DNA from: an uncultured Acidobacteriota bacterium
GTDB taxonomy: Bacteria; Acidobacteriota; Terriglobia; Acidiferrales; UBA7541
Assembly: GCA_963810155.1 (NCBI GenBank)
Contig: CAWEMN010000016.1
Coordinates: 131,090-195,089, forward strand
DNA: 64,000 nt
Direction of reading: 5' to 3'
The notes beneath the pieces were generated by a model, which did no database searches, was not told where the DNA came from, and saw only the letters and a list, made by a program, of their open reading frames with translations. Of this stretch, positions 1-10,063 are shown one piece after another. Each line of letters begins with the position of its first letter. The stretch's first letter is position 1. A program made the translations under genes and the position numbers.

Positions 1-81
1 TTCGCCGAGCGCCCGAAACCGGCCGAGCCGCGCGAACAGTTCAATCGGCCGCCGCGTCGCCAGTACAATTAAGGAAATCGC
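1..81 (+). CDS. 3' end of upstream gene (partial; product unknown, possibly the AAA/MoxR-type partner of the following VWA protein)
   Basis: Open frame runs off the 5' edge and ends at TAA 79-81, immediately before the RBS and start of the next gene. Confidence 0.3.
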
Positions 82-1344
82 GTGAAATACATCCGCTACT
101 CGAAGTACACGGGCGAGGCCGCCGATTCGGTGGACCTCGAAGAGCTGATCAAGCGGCTCGGCGACTTTTTCCTGCAGAGCGGCTTCGAGTCGCAGTACTA
201 CGGCGTTTCCGAATTCGACCCCGAAAAAACGATGGAGTCGCTGCGGCAGGCGATCCTCCGCGCTCTTGCCGAAGGCGATCTGCTGCCTGAAGATTTGCTC
301 GAGCAATTGACCCAGGAAGGCTCGGGAAAATCGGAAAAGGAGCTGCAGGAGCTGCTCGACCGGCTGATCCAGCGAATGATGGAAGAGGGCTACATCAATG
401 GGCCTCCGCCGCAGGTTACGCCACCGCCGGGAAAGACGCAGCGTGGCCACGTGGGCGCGGGACACGACGCTCAGAACCAGGCCCGCTTTGAAATTACCGA
501 CAAGACCATCGATTTTCTCGGATTCCGCACGTTGAAGGATCTGCTCGGCTCGCTCGGCAAGAGCAGCTTTGGCCGCCATGACACGCGCGAGCTGGCCACC
601 GGCGTCGAATCCGGAGGGGTTTCGCGGCGCTATGAATTTGGCGATACCCTGAATCTGGACGTGAGCGCCACGCTATTCAATGCCGTCCGCCGCGAAGGCG
701 CGAAAGTGCCCATCGAGCTCGATTACCCCGACCTGATGGTCCATCAGTGCGAATACCAAAGCTCCTGCGCCACGGTACTGATGCTGGATTGCAGCCACAG
801 CATGATCCTCTATGGCGAAGACCGCTTCACTCCGGCCAAGCGCGTGGCCCTGGCCCTGTCGCACCTGATCCGCACGCAGTACCCGGGCGACTCGCTGCAC
901 CTGGTGCTGTTTCACGACAGCGCAGAGGAAGTCCCGCTCGGCGAGTTGGCTCGCGTGCAGGTCGGCCCGTACTACACGAACACGCGCGAAGGCTTGCGCC
1001 TGGCGCAGCGCATTCTCTCGCAGCAGAAAAAAGACATGCGCCAGATCGTCATGATCACCGACGGCAAGCCATCGGCATTAACGCTCGAAGACGGCCGCAT
1101 CTACAAGAATGCCTTCGGTCTCGACCCACTGGTGGTGACGCAAACGCTGGAAGAAGTGGCAAAGTGCCGCAAGTCGGGCATCCTCATCAATACGTTCATG
1201 CTCGCCAGCGATTACAGCCTGGTGCACTTCGTGCAGAAGGTCGCCGAGATTTGCCGCGGTAAGGCTTACTTCACCACTCCGTATACGCTGGGCCAGTACC
1301 TGCTGATGGATTACATGTCCAAGAAGACTCGGCATATTCACTGA
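82..1344 (+). CDS. von Willebrand factor A (VWA) domain protein, CoxE-like
   Basis: 420 aa ORF; C-terminal half has a VWA/MIDAS-like fold signature (LMLDCSHSM ... MITDGKPSA); GTG start right after the upstream stop; RBS AAGGAAA. Confidence 0.7.
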   Translation: MKYIRYSKYTGEAADSVDLEELIKRLGDFFLQSGFESQYYGVSEFDPEKTMESLRQAILRALAEGDLLPEDLLEQLTQEGSGKSEKELQELLDRLIQRMMEEGYINGPPPQVTPPPGKTQRGHVGAGHDAQNQARFEITDKTIDFLGFRTLKDLLGSLGKSSFGRHDTRELATGVESGGVSRRYEFGDTLNLDVSATLFNAVRREGAKVPIELDYPDLMVHQCEYQSSCATVLMLDCSHSMILYGEDRFTPAKRVALALSHLIRTQYPGDSLHLVLFHDSAEEVPLGELARVQVGPYYTNTREGLRLAQRILSQQKKDMRQIVMITDGKPSALTLEDGRIYKNAFGLDPLVVTQTLEEVAKCRKSGILINTFMLASDYSLVHFVQKVAEICRGKAYFTTPYTLGQYLLMDYMSKKTRHIH

Positions 1345-1368
1345 TCGGCTGCGCCAACACAGACACGA

Positions 1369-1863
1369 ATGACCACGGTTCACACTGGAAACAAAGCTCC
1401 CAATTTTGAGCTAAAAGACCTCGACGGCAAACGCGCCTCTCTGCAGGAAGCGTTGGCACGCGGGCCCGTGGTGGCCGCCTTCTTCAAGGCCAGCTGTCCG
1501 GTCTGCCAGTTCACGTTTCCATTTCTCGAGCGTCTCTTCAAGGCTTATGGCTCCGACCGCGCCACATTTTGGGCCATCTCTCAGGACGATGCTCGAGACA
1601 CGCGCGACTTCCGGGCCGAATACGGAGTCACCTTCCCTGCTCTTATCGATGACGATGGATATCCCGCGTCCAATGACTACGGCCTCACCAACGTGCCCAC
1701 TTTTTACTTGATCGCGCCCGACGGAACGGTGCAGGTCGATAGCGTCGGCTTTGGCAAAAAGGCTCTGGAGAAAATATCGGAGGAGCTGGCGCGGTTCCTG
1801 GGCCGGCCGGTCGCACCTGTTTTCAAGCCTGGAGAAGTGATCCCCGAATCAAAGCCTGGCTGA
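1369..1863 (+). CDS. thioredoxin-fold thiol-disulfide oxidoreductase (redoxin/TlpA-like)
   Basis: 164 aa; CxxC motif (ASCPVCQ) in a redoxin-like context; AhpC/TSA-redoxin family pattern. Confidence 0.75.
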   Translation: MTTVHTGNKAPNFELKDLDGKRASLQEALARGPVVAAFFKASCPVCQFTFPFLERLFKAYGSDRATFWAISQDDARDTRDFRAEYGVTFPALIDDDGYPASNDYGLTNVPTFYLIAPDGTVQVDSVGFGKKALEKISEELARFLGRPVAPVFKPGEVIPESKPG

Positions 1864-1943
1864 CACTCGAAAAATTAGGCTCCGGGCGAGCCTGCGCTCC
1901 ATCCTACATTTCCAGTAGTAGTGGACTTGAATTTGTCTGTGGG

Positions 1944-2414
1944 TCAGGATTGTTGCCGCAGGTCAAGCGACATGAAGAGACTGTTCGGGTCGAGCACGTA
2001 CTCGGCGAATGGCGGGCAATCCACGAAGCCGCTGCTCCTGTAGAGCGCGTGCGAAGGCCGAAAATATTCCCTGGATCCTGTTTCAAGGCTAAGGCGCGAC
2101 ATGCCGCTGGCTCGCGCGGCCGCAATGATGTGGTTCAGCATCGCGCGTCCCGCTCCCCTTCGGCGCATGGATTGAACGATATGCATCGACTTGACCTCAC
2201 CGTGATCAGCCGAGAGCCGCTTCAGCGCGCCAATCCCTACAAGCGTTTCATCATCCCACATCGTCCAAAAGCTGATGTCCGGCGATTGCAACCCGGTGAG
2301 GTCCAAGGCGTGCGCGCTGCCCACCGCCGTTTCCGCCCGGGCACGGGTCAGATGGCTATATATGAGATCGACCACGCGCGGGTCGCTGAAGTCGCCCTGG
2401 GTGATCCGCATCAT
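1944..2414 (-). CDS. GNAT family N-acetyltransferase
   Basis: 156 aa; acetyl-CoA binding motif region (QSMRRRGAGRAML) typical of GNAT. Confidence 0.75.
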   Translation of the reverse strand: MMRITQGDFSDPRVVDLIYSHLTRARAETAVGSAHALDLTGLQSPDISFWTMWDDETLVGIGALKRLSADHGEVKSMHIVQSMRRRGAGRAMLNHIIAAARASGMSRLSLETGSREYFRPSHALYRSSGFVDCPPFAEYVLDPNSLFMSLDLRQQS

Positions 2415-2442
2415 GGCTGGCCGAAATTCAAGCTGCCCACTC

Positions 2443-3279
2443 TCAAATTTCCGTGAAATCTTCGAGGACCTTCTTGTGCTTTACCGGCTTGCGGCGCTTA
2501 TCCGGAATCACGCGCTCCGCCGGAGGACTGCCCGCTGCCAGCCTGGCGCGGCGCCTGGCTTCCGTCGCTGCGGTGAACTTGCGCTTCCCTTTTTTGCGTG
2601 GCATCGAAACGCCCTCGTCGAATTTTAGCTCAGCCTGCGCCACCGCAGCTGGCTTGGATCGCGATCCCGCTTTCGCCTTTGGCGGCTCTTCCTTTGCCGA
2701 CTCTTTAGGATAGAGCACTCTCTGCTTTTCGACTCGTGCAAATGGCGTAAGGCCGTGCGCCTCGCGCCGGCTTCCACTCATGATGTGCTCCACCGCGATC
2801 CCACGCGCCAGCAACGCATCCGCCACCAGAGAGCGATGGCAGCGCCACGGGACCGCCTCCGCGCACATCACCGCGCAGCGCTTCTGCTCGCACTGTCGTA
2901 GCAAACCCTGCAGCGCCTCCTCGAACTCCGGCGTCTGCATGTAGTCCGCGTATCCACGAAAGCTGGCGTTCCGCCAACCCATGTTGATGGAATCGGGCCG
3001 CGGATGGCGCAGCCCGCCGAGTTCCTTGAGATGCGCGTACTCGATACCTTCACGGTGGAGAGAGTTGGCCAGGGCTTCGCTATTGAATTGCGGATTATGG
3101 CGCGACCGGGGAATGGTGCGAATATCAACCAGCCGTTCCACCCCATTCTGCTGAAGCAAGGCAATAAATTCGTCGATTGGCCGGGTCGAATGCCCGATGG
3201 TGAGAATTTCCGGGGCCACGCCGCCGGGCTCGCGTTCCCTGACTTCGGACTTCCCCGATGATTTCCGCGCTGCGTGCAT
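2443..3279 (-). CDS. DUF488 family protein with basic disordered C-terminal tail
   Basis: ILTIGHSTRP...LVDIRTIPRS signature of DUF488; C-terminal ~100 aa is Lys/Arg-rich; true start may be the internal GTG at 3217-3219. Confidence 0.65.
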   Translation of the reverse strand: MHAARKSSGKSEVREREPGGVAPEILTIGHSTRPIDEFIALLQQNGVERLVDIRTIPRSRHNPQFNSEALANSLHREGIEYAHLKELGGLRHPRPDSINMGWRNASFRGYADYMQTPEFEEALQGLLRQCEQKRCAVMCAEAVPWRCHRSLVADALLARGIAVEHIMSGSRREAHGLTPFARVEKQRVLYPKESAKEEPPKAKAGSRSKPAAVAQAELKFDEGVSMPRKKGKRKFTAATEARRRARLAAGSPPAERVIPDKRRKPVKHKKVLEDFTEI

Positions 3280-3693
3280 TCAGGCAGCTCCGCCCAACAA
3301 GCTGTACAGCAGAATCAGAAGCACGATCAGCGTCAGCAAAACGTAAAGCCGGTCTTTTTGGAGCGCGAAAGCGATCATGGAGAACAAAACCCGCGCCACC
3401 GGCGTGCCAATCAGCAACAGCAATCCGCATTGGATGATGGCGCGCCCGTCGCCATGCCAGGCATTGCTCATCACGCCAAGGACGTCGCGCAAGCTTCCCC
3501 GCTGCGCGTCAAACGTCTCGTAGTGCGCCGGTACCTGGCCATAACGCAGGAGATAGAGGATGCCGCCGGCCAGGACCACGATTCCCGAAATGATGACGCC
3601 GGTCTGGAGAAGCGTCGCCAGCATCCCCTCGACCCTCTGGTCGTTCCACTTCGATCCGAGCGACTGCAATTCAGGCTGATTCGATTGCGGCAT
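3280..3693 (-). CDS. DUF1634 membrane protein
   Basis: 137 aa, 3-4 TM helices; classic pairing downstream of TauE/SafE. Confidence 0.6.
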   Translation of the reverse strand: MPQSNQPELQSLGSKWNDQRVEGMLATLLQTGVIISGIVVLAGGILYLLRYGQVPAHYETFDAQRGSLRDVLGVMSNAWHGDGRAIIQCGLLLLIGTPVARVLFSMIAFALQKDRLYVLLTLIVLLILLYSLLGGAA

Positions 3694-4530
3694 TCAAAAT
3701 CTCCCGGTAACGCTGCCGTAGATCATCTCGATTCCCAGTACCACGATCACCAGCGCAAACAGAATACGCAGCCATTTTGTCGACGCTCTCACCAGCACGC
3801 GTGTGCCGATCGCCGACCCTGCCAACACGCCGAGCACCACGGGCATGACCAATCCAGGAGTGACGAACCCGCGCCGCAGATAAATTCCCGCGCTGGCCGC
3901 CGCGGTCACTCCGATCATGAAATTGCTGGTCGTTGTGGACACCTTGAACGGTATGCGCATCACCTGGTCCATGGCCAGCACCTTGAAGGCGCCCGATCCA
4001 ATGCCCAGCAGGCCCGAGAGCGTGCCGGCGCCAAACATCAATCCGAAGCCCGCCGGTACGTGGCGCACCTCGTAGCTTTCCGGACCTCGCGCAGTCGGAT
4101 AACTGGAGTTGAGTCTCAAGCGGCTTGCCCACGGGTCCGCCGGACCAGCGACTAAGGGATCAATCCGCTTGCGCATGGAGAGTGCGGCCGAGATGATCAA
4201 CACCGCCCCGAAGACGATGGCGATAATGCCCGAGGCCAATCGGGCGGCAAGAAAGGCCCCGAACAACGCCCCCAGGGTTGTGGCCATCTCCAGAAACATG
4301 GCGATGCGAATATTCGAGAATCCCTCGCGCACGTAGGCAGCGGCTGCACCCGAAGACGTGGCAATCACGGATATGAGTGACGCTCCGATGGCGTAGTGGA
4401 TATTTACGTGAAAGGCCAGCGCCAGCAGGGGTACGATCACCACGCCGCCGCCCAGTCCCGTCAACGCGCCGAGCAGGCCGGCCACGACAGAACCCACAAA
4501 AACGAGGGAAACAAAAGCAAGAGTCGTCAC
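3694..4530 (-). CDS. sulfite exporter TauE/SafE family membrane protein
   Basis: 278 aa, glycine-rich multi-TM protein with internal repeat typical of TauE/SafE (DUF81). Confidence 0.8.
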   Translation of the reverse strand: MTTLAFVSLVFVGSVVAGLLGALTGLGGGVVIVPLLALAFHVNIHYAIGASLISVIATSSGAAAAYVREGFSNIRIAMFLEMATTLGALFGAFLAARLASGIIAIVFGAVLIISAALSMRKRIDPLVAGPADPWASRLRLNSSYPTARGPESYEVRHVPAGFGLMFGAGTLSGLLGIGSGAFKVLAMDQVMRIPFKVSTTTSNFMIGVTAAASAGIYLRRGFVTPGLVMPVVLGVLAGSAIGTRVLVRASTKWLRILFALVIVVLGIEMIYGSVTGRF

Positions 4531-4608
4531 ACGGGTAGCACGCGCCGGGCGGCCCTCATCGCCAATCTTTAAATAGCTCCATCGGTAGCGCCATCACCAG
4601 GCGAATGC

Positions 4609-5727
4609 CTAGCCTCCCTTGGCCAGCAGAATCCCGAACAGGATCACGTCCAGCAGCGCCATGACAGCCACCGCCAGTTCCAGCACAAAGGATCGCGCCT
4701 GGTTGAACTGATCCACCATGAAATCGTAGAGCTCGCCCATGGTCCGAAGCTTCTCATCCACCAGGTTGCGGTATTCGGAAACACCCAGCCTGGCGGCCGC
4801 TACGCGATAGATTCGCGCGTAATAGACATCGCTCACGAACTTGATCGCGTTGTCGATCCGCTCCGTCAACTCCATCACGTCCAGTCGGATGGTATTGAAG
4901 CGCTCCGCGTCGCGCGGCAAGCTCCAGCGTTGCAAAATGATATTCCGCTTGGCTTCCAGAGCATCGTAGACGTCCGACAACAGTCTGGTCATCAGCGCGT
5001 CGTAATAACGAAACTCCAGAAGCTGCATCTTGGCATATTCCACCACTTGAAATGTTGCCGCCGCGTCTTCCGCGCGGTCATAGATCACCGCGGCCGTTGA
5101 GCCGATGACCACCAGATCGGTGGGATAGTAGGAGACGCTCATCTCCAGGATCTCTTCGGTCATCTTGGGGGCCAGCGGCGTGAATTCGCCGCGCACCAAC
5201 TGCACGATTTCGGCGGAGTGATCGGCCAGGAGCTCGGCGGCTTTGGCGTGTTCTCCCCCGGACTTCAGGACCTGCTCCAGGCTGGTAATGAAGTACGACT
5301 CATAAAGCCAATCCTGCGTGGGACGAATGACCGCGGTGCCGATTTTTTCCACGTGCCGGCGAGCTATTTCGCGCGCCAGCGTATCGATCTCCGCGGCGTC
5401 GATCCATCGTGAGGCTTGCGTGAGGACGGCGTTCCAGTCACCTTCAAAACGGATTTCCAGTTGCACCACGACGACTGCGAAGGCGTAATACTTGAGCGAA
5501 CACGCAGCGCTTTGCCCCCCGCCCAGGCTCAGTGGTTCAGCAGGCTCGACAAGGGGTGCTTCCTCGAAGCGAACATAGTCCGGCGTTCGCCGCGGAAACA
5601 CGCCTTTGACGGGGCCGCCTCGCGGCCCGAGCAGTTCCCGGAGCTTTTTGAGGTCGATGGCTTCGGCCACATCGTAAAGGAAGAGCAGCCGGAAGCACCC
5701 GCGCAAGAGCACGAGGTCTTTTAGCAT
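4609..5727 (-). CDS. hypothetical protein with single C-terminal TM anchor
   Basis: 372 aa ORF with consistent codon usage, C-terminal hydrophobic helix (ELAVAVMALLDVILFGILLA); no family recognised by eye. Confidence 0.5.
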   Translation of the reverse strand: MLKDLVLLRGCFRLLFLYDVAEAIDLKKLRELLGPRGGPVKGVFPRRTPDYVRFEEAPLVEPAEPLSLGGGQSAACSLKYYAFAVVVVQLEIRFEGDWNAVLTQASRWIDAAEIDTLAREIARRHVEKIGTAVIRPTQDWLYESYFITSLEQVLKSGGEHAKAAELLADHSAEIVQLVRGEFTPLAPKMTEEILEMSVSYYPTDLVVIGSTAAVIYDRAEDAAATFQVVEYAKMQLLEFRYYDALMTRLLSDVYDALEAKRNIILQRWSLPRDAERFNTIRLDVMELTERIDNAIKFVSDVYYARIYRVAAARLGVSEYRNLVDEKLRTMGELYDFMVDQFNQARSFVLELAVAVMALLDVILFGILLAKGG

Positions 5728-5797
5728 GAAATGGCGCGGGAACCAGGTTCCGCGCGAACCAGCCGCCCCAGCTTACCACGCAGGCCTGGACCGCCTG

Positions 5798-6363
5798 TTA
5801 CGCGGCTCCCGCCGACTTGGCTTGCGCCGCGGCTTGCACCGGCACTTTCTTTGCCGCCTGCTTGGGGATGCTGAGTTCGAGAATGCCATTATTCAGGGTG
5901 GATGTCGCGCGCGAGGCGTCCACTTCCACCGGCAGTTCAATCGATCGCAGGATTTCGCTCGAGCATCGCTCGCTATAAATTACATTGCCCTTCTTTTCTT
6001 CCACATTGGACTGCTTCTTGCCGCTGATCGTAAGCCGGCGGGGCTCCAGGCTCACCTGCAACTCATTGGCGCTGAATCCCGGAACCTCGGCCCGTACGGT
6101 TATCGCCTCATCGGCTTCGCGCATCGTCATATGTACGGGATGAAGCAGTTCCGCCTCCGCCTTGAACCAGTGATCGAGGTCCCGCCCGGAGCCGCCGTCG
6201 CCCTCAGACATTTCAAATGCGCGGCGCGAGATCGCATCGTAGAGTTCGTTCAACCGGTTGTAGGCCGCCTGCGGTTCTACGAACCTGACCGTGCTGGACG
6301 CCGGATTCGCCTGTATCGCGGTATTTTTTCCTGTCTGTTGAGTTATCCCTGCTCTTTCGGCCA
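5798..6363 (-). CDS. Hsp20/alpha-crystallin family small heat-shock protein
   Basis: ACD domain (TVRAEVPGFSANELQVSLEPRRLTISG...); start set at ATG 6361-6363 preceded by GGAGGAAAG RBS, not the longer track ORF. Confidence 0.8.
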
Positions 6364-6606
6364 TCTTTCCTCCTGCGGCTCGGCGAATTTGCCGAACCCG
6401 TGGGCCCTGACTGTAAATTTGCAGGGCCATTCCGGTTGATACTACCGCGGTCGTCCAAGAAGAATCGGGGAAAGCTGGTATTTCGCATTGCGCATGGAAA
6501 ACATGCCCGCGCAAAAGGTATTTCGTGTGGGCATCCCATCTGTGCTGAAAAAAACAAAAGGCCGGCGCACATCGTGCGCCGGCCCCAGCTCCCAGCAGAT
6601 CTGAGT

Positions 6607-8358
6607 CTATTGCGTCTTTCTTGCGGTATCCACCGTAGCGCCTGACGTTCGGTTATCCGAAGAACCCGCTGCGTCGGTGGTTGGCGGCGTAGTTGCTTGC
6701 TGTTCCGGGGAAATCTTGTCGCGTGTGAGATAGAGGATAAACGGAGTAATCTCAAACGGCATCTTCTCGCGCTCGGTCACCATGCCCACCGGTTTCGACT
6801 TCAGCAGTTGCACCTGATCGTCCCATGGATCGAACTTGAGCCGCCCGCCGAGGGGTAGCGCCGCAAAAACGGCCTTTCCATTTTGCGCCCCCTGGCTGGC
6901 CTCCGCTGCGGTAGCGGGCGACGGCGCTGCGTTCGTTCCGGCCCAGGCGATCGGCACTCTGTCGCCCAGGTGCGGACTGATCAGATTGGGTATCTCCTTG
7001 GCGCGTTGTTGCAGCACTTGCACGAACTGCCGCGCGGTACCGAGTTGATCCTTGTAAGGAGACTTGGCCAGCAGCTCGACAGCTTTCTGGTTGGCCGTTT
7101 CCTCCTCTTCCTGACTTCGAGCGAACCCGAAATGGCGGAAGGTGTCCTGATCGTCCCACAACATACGGTCATAGAACGCGTACTGCGTGTCCACGTGATG
7201 TCCCAGCACTACGTGCGCCAGTTCCATGGCCAGAATCGTGGCCAGGCTGGCTTCGTCGGGCAGAACGTCGATTAACCCGCGGCTGAGCACGATGGTATGT
7301 CCGATAACAAACGATTCCAGCGTGGAACTCATCAGCACCCGGCAGCGAATATCCGGTTCGATATCCAGGTTGTTGGTTACTTCGAGGTTGCTCACCACCG
7401 TCTCGAGGACCTTATCCACATCGCCGCGCGGAGAAAGGATGCCCAGTTTCTCCATGCGGTCCGCGATGTTGTCTTCCGCCTGGCGTTCCCACAGGCGCTG
7501 TTCCTGGAGCGGTGAATTATCGTTGGCGTTTTCCGATTGGTCTTTGATGGGCGAGCGTGCCTCCACCATCACCTTATTGAGTTCTTCTTCGCGCCTCACT
7601 TTTACCTGGTTCAAGTCATATCCCCAGAGGCGGGTTTGCGCCTTGAACATGAGCTTGCGGGCCACGCCGTATTTCAGGCTGGTCTCCTCGCAGTAGATGT
7701 AGGCGGGAAGCCATTGATTGTCTCCGGCCAGCAGGCGCCAGCTATCAAAGTGGAAAAAGTAGTTTGTCTTGGTGGGGCGCTGGTAGGCGCCATTGAAGCG
7801 CACGATATGAAACGTCTGATCTTCCACCCAGATGCGGCCCTTGAAGCGTCCGCGATCGCTCTCTTTGACGGGCGTCACGTCGAACACCAGGCAGCGCACT
7901 TCTCCCAGGAATTCGCGGCGTTCGTACTCGAACTTGTAGTGCTGCTTATCGAAGCTATTGGCGTCGATATAGATCATCTGCAAAAAACCGCGCGGCAGGA
8001 ACTCCATGGACATGGTCAGGAAAGTTCCCAGGCCCCCGGCCGCATACTTCAGGTTCGGGGCCCCTTTGTCGCTCGTGAGCGGCTGCAAGTCGAGCCCTTT
8101 GGCCAGATCGGCTTTGCCGAGAAAGTACTTGTCGCCGGCGGGCACCGTGCCCAGCGCCTCATCCGGCTTCAGCAGCTGGATATACGTCTCCACCAGCGGC
8201 GCGTATTGGTGCAGCGTTTGCACCTCCGCCTTCTCCTGCGCCACGATCCGATCCACGGCTTGCTGCAGCGCCGCCGACGTCGGAGATTGCGCCGAAGCCA
8301 CGCCGGGAATCGCTGCAAAGACTACCGCTGTAAAGAAGCTCGTTCTCCACGAACGCAT
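6607..8358 (-). CDS. secreted hypothetical protein (possible metallopeptidase-like)
   Basis: 583 aa, N-terminal signal peptide (AAIPGVASAQS); contains ELAHVVLGHH, but this is not a canonical HExxH so the peptidase call is weak. Confidence 0.5.
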   Translation of the reverse strand: MRSWRTSFFTAVVFAAIPGVASAQSPTSAALQQAVDRIVAQEKAEVQTLHQYAPLVETYIQLLKPDEALGTVPAGDKYFLGKADLAKGLDLQPLTSDKGAPNLKYAAGGLGTFLTMSMEFLPRGFLQMIYIDANSFDKQHYKFEYERREFLGEVRCLVFDVTPVKESDRGRFKGRIWVEDQTFHIVRFNGAYQRPTKTNYFFHFDSWRLLAGDNQWLPAYIYCEETSLKYGVARKLMFKAQTRLWGYDLNQVKVRREEELNKVMVEARSPIKDQSENANDNSPLQEQRLWERQAEDNIADRMEKLGILSPRGDVDKVLETVVSNLEVTNNLDIEPDIRCRVLMSSTLESFVIGHTIVLSRGLIDVLPDEASLATILAMELAHVVLGHHVDTQYAFYDRMLWDDQDTFRHFGFARSQEEEETANQKAVELLAKSPYKDQLGTARQFVQVLQQRAKEIPNLISPHLGDRVPIAWAGTNAAPSPATAAEASQGAQNGKAVFAALPLGGRLKFDPWDDQVQLLKSKPVGMVTEREKMPFEITPFILYLTRDKISPEQQATTPPTTDAAGSSDNRTSGATVDTARKTQ

Positions 8359-8391
8359 AGGCCCTCCAAAATCAAACCCAAGTTGGAAAAA

Positions 8392-9540
8392 TCAATATGC
8401 CAGTTGAAACACGATGTGAACGACAGCCGGAAAATCCACCGCACGCCCCTCTTGCAATGCCGGTTTGAAGTGAATCTGCTGCGCCGCGCGAACCGCCGAT
8501 TCGTCCAAGCCGTGCCCTAAACCCTTTTCCACGCCTTCGACCTTGATCTGTCCCGACGCCAGGAAGACGACGTCCACCAGCACTTCGCCCTCTATCCCCA
8601 GCTTGCGCGCCTCGTCCGTGTAAACCGGATTGGGCTTCGACAATATGGCCACCGATTGCACCGCGGGAGTTTCGTCGGCTGCTTTTGGCGCACTCTTGGC
8701 AGGCACCTGCGTTGCGGCCTCGGCATTCGCAAATCCGCTCGACTGCACCGCCTTCGGGCCTCCCGTTCCCCTGGTCGACGCCAGCACTGTGCCGCCGAAT
8801 CCGGCGCTCACCACGCCATTCCCATTGCCCTTGCCACCGGCGCCGCCCACGCCTGTGCCGTTCCCCGTGCCGCTACCGTTGCCAGGGCCCTCGGAGGAAT
8901 CAAAAGAACCCACGCGCGCTACGTTGATACGCTTGGCGGGATCGGTCTCTCCGGCCAAGCCGTGCGGATCGCCAAAATTGCCGCCCGCGGGTGAGTCGCC
9001 TAACATGCCGGTCTTTACTTCACGAGGCTTGACGGGCTGCAAATCAGGAGCATCAAATTTCGCTGCGATCACGGGCTGCTCCAACTTGGGCAGCTCTGCG
9101 TTTCGCACCTCCACTGGTTTTGGCTTCGGCGCAGGCAGCGGCCGCGGAGCAAAAAGCTTGGCAATGTGCTGTGGCTGCGGCGGCTGCACCGGTTGAGGCT
9201 GCGGCTCTACCTTCGGGCGCAGGGGATGCGCTTTCGGCTGCGGCACCTCGATCATCGGCCCGGCCAGGGGCATGACCGAATACTCAACTTTGGTGATCAG
9301 ATTGGGAGGCAGCATGATCTCCAGCAGTATCAGCGCAACGACAATGCCGACCTGGCTAGCCGTGCTGGTCGCTAGCGCGCGCCAACTGATCCGGCTCTCC
9401 GGCAAGGTGTCGAGCCGGGCCCCGACCTGCTTTTGGCCGATCATCTTTTGCCATGCGTCTGGGTCTCGAGCCGGAGGTGCCGGTGGCCGAAAACGGATCT
9501 CAAAATTGCCATGCGTGAGATGGGTTACTGCGCTGCTCAT
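8392..9540 (-). CDS. energy transducer TonB family protein
   Basis: N-terminal TM, Pro-rich spacer (PQPQPVQPPQPQ), Gly-rich region, C-terminal TonB domain (YTDEARKLGIEGEVLVDVVF); start chosen at MSSAV (9538-9540). Confidence 0.75.
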   Translation of the reverse strand: MSSAVTHLTHGNFEIRFRPPAPPARDPDAWQKMIGQKQVGARLDTLPESRISWRALATSTASQVGIVVALILLEIMLPPNLITKVEYSVMPLAGPMIEVPQPKAHPLRPKVEPQPQPVQPPQPQHIAKLFAPRPLPAPKPKPVEVRNAELPKLEQPVIAAKFDAPDLQPVKPREVKTGMLGDSPAGGNFGDPHGLAGETDPAKRINVARVGSFDSSEGPGNGSGTGNGTGVGGAGGKGNGNGVVSAGFGGTVLASTRGTGGPKAVQSSGFANAEAATQVPAKSAPKAADETPAVQSVAILSKPNPVYTDEARKLGIEGEVLVDVVFLASGQIKVEGVEKGLGHGLDESAVRAAQQIHFKPALQEGRAVDFPAVVHIVFQLAY

Positions 9541-10063
9541 TTTGGGATACCCTGCAGTGGAGTCTTGTGCCGAAAAGCGGTTGTGGCTTCTTCCGGACCG
9601 AGCGGCCATTTCCTCGGGATCTGCTGCGGCCTGATTGCCAAATGCCCGCTCCCGTGAGACGCCCGAGCAGACGTAACTAGGGCGTTACTCTCAGTCGATC
9701 GGAATTCAACCATGCTGGACGATAGCAAGCGGTAAATTAAAAGGAATACGGCTCAGGCAGGGAAAGGGAAGGTTGTTTCACTGTAGGTCGAAGGTTTCCA
9801 TCTACGGATACAAGAAGTCCTACATTTTTCATGGAGTCGCTTTCGACACCGTTCAGGCCTTTAGGCTTCGGTCTAAGGCCTCTTGCTTTCGCTCGTTACG
9901 GTGCGAGCACGTCGTTCTGCGGCGGCGCAAAGTCAGGCTTCGTTCCTGGGGCAGCGGCTGGCCACATCAATCTCGGTAAAAATGACCCATTGGGAGACTT
10001 TCGCTTCGGCTGTCGCTCGGTCAACTAGCTGCCTGAATAGGAGACAGCTATCATCGAAGGGTT

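Noticed and set aside
3274-4155. 293 aa plus-strand ORF rich in Arg/His/Gln
   Set aside because: Antisense to the well-supported TauE/SafE and DUF1634 genes; composition typical of out-of-frame translation of high-GC DNA
6607-8358. M48/zinc-metalloprotease call from ELAHVVLGHH
   Set aside because: Motif is not a canonical HExxH (no Glu after the first His); left as secreted hypothetical protein
9650-10063. RNase P RNA, tmRNA, SRP RNA or 6S RNA in the ORF-less region
   Set aside because: Searched by eye for GGAAAGUCCGGGC/ACAGAAACCGGCUUA (RNase P), the tmRNA 5' GGGG…GAUUC…GAC and tag-ORF, and the SRP AGGUCAGGUCCGGAAGGAAGCAGCC motif on both strands; none present. The region is kept only as an unclassified structured-RNA candidate
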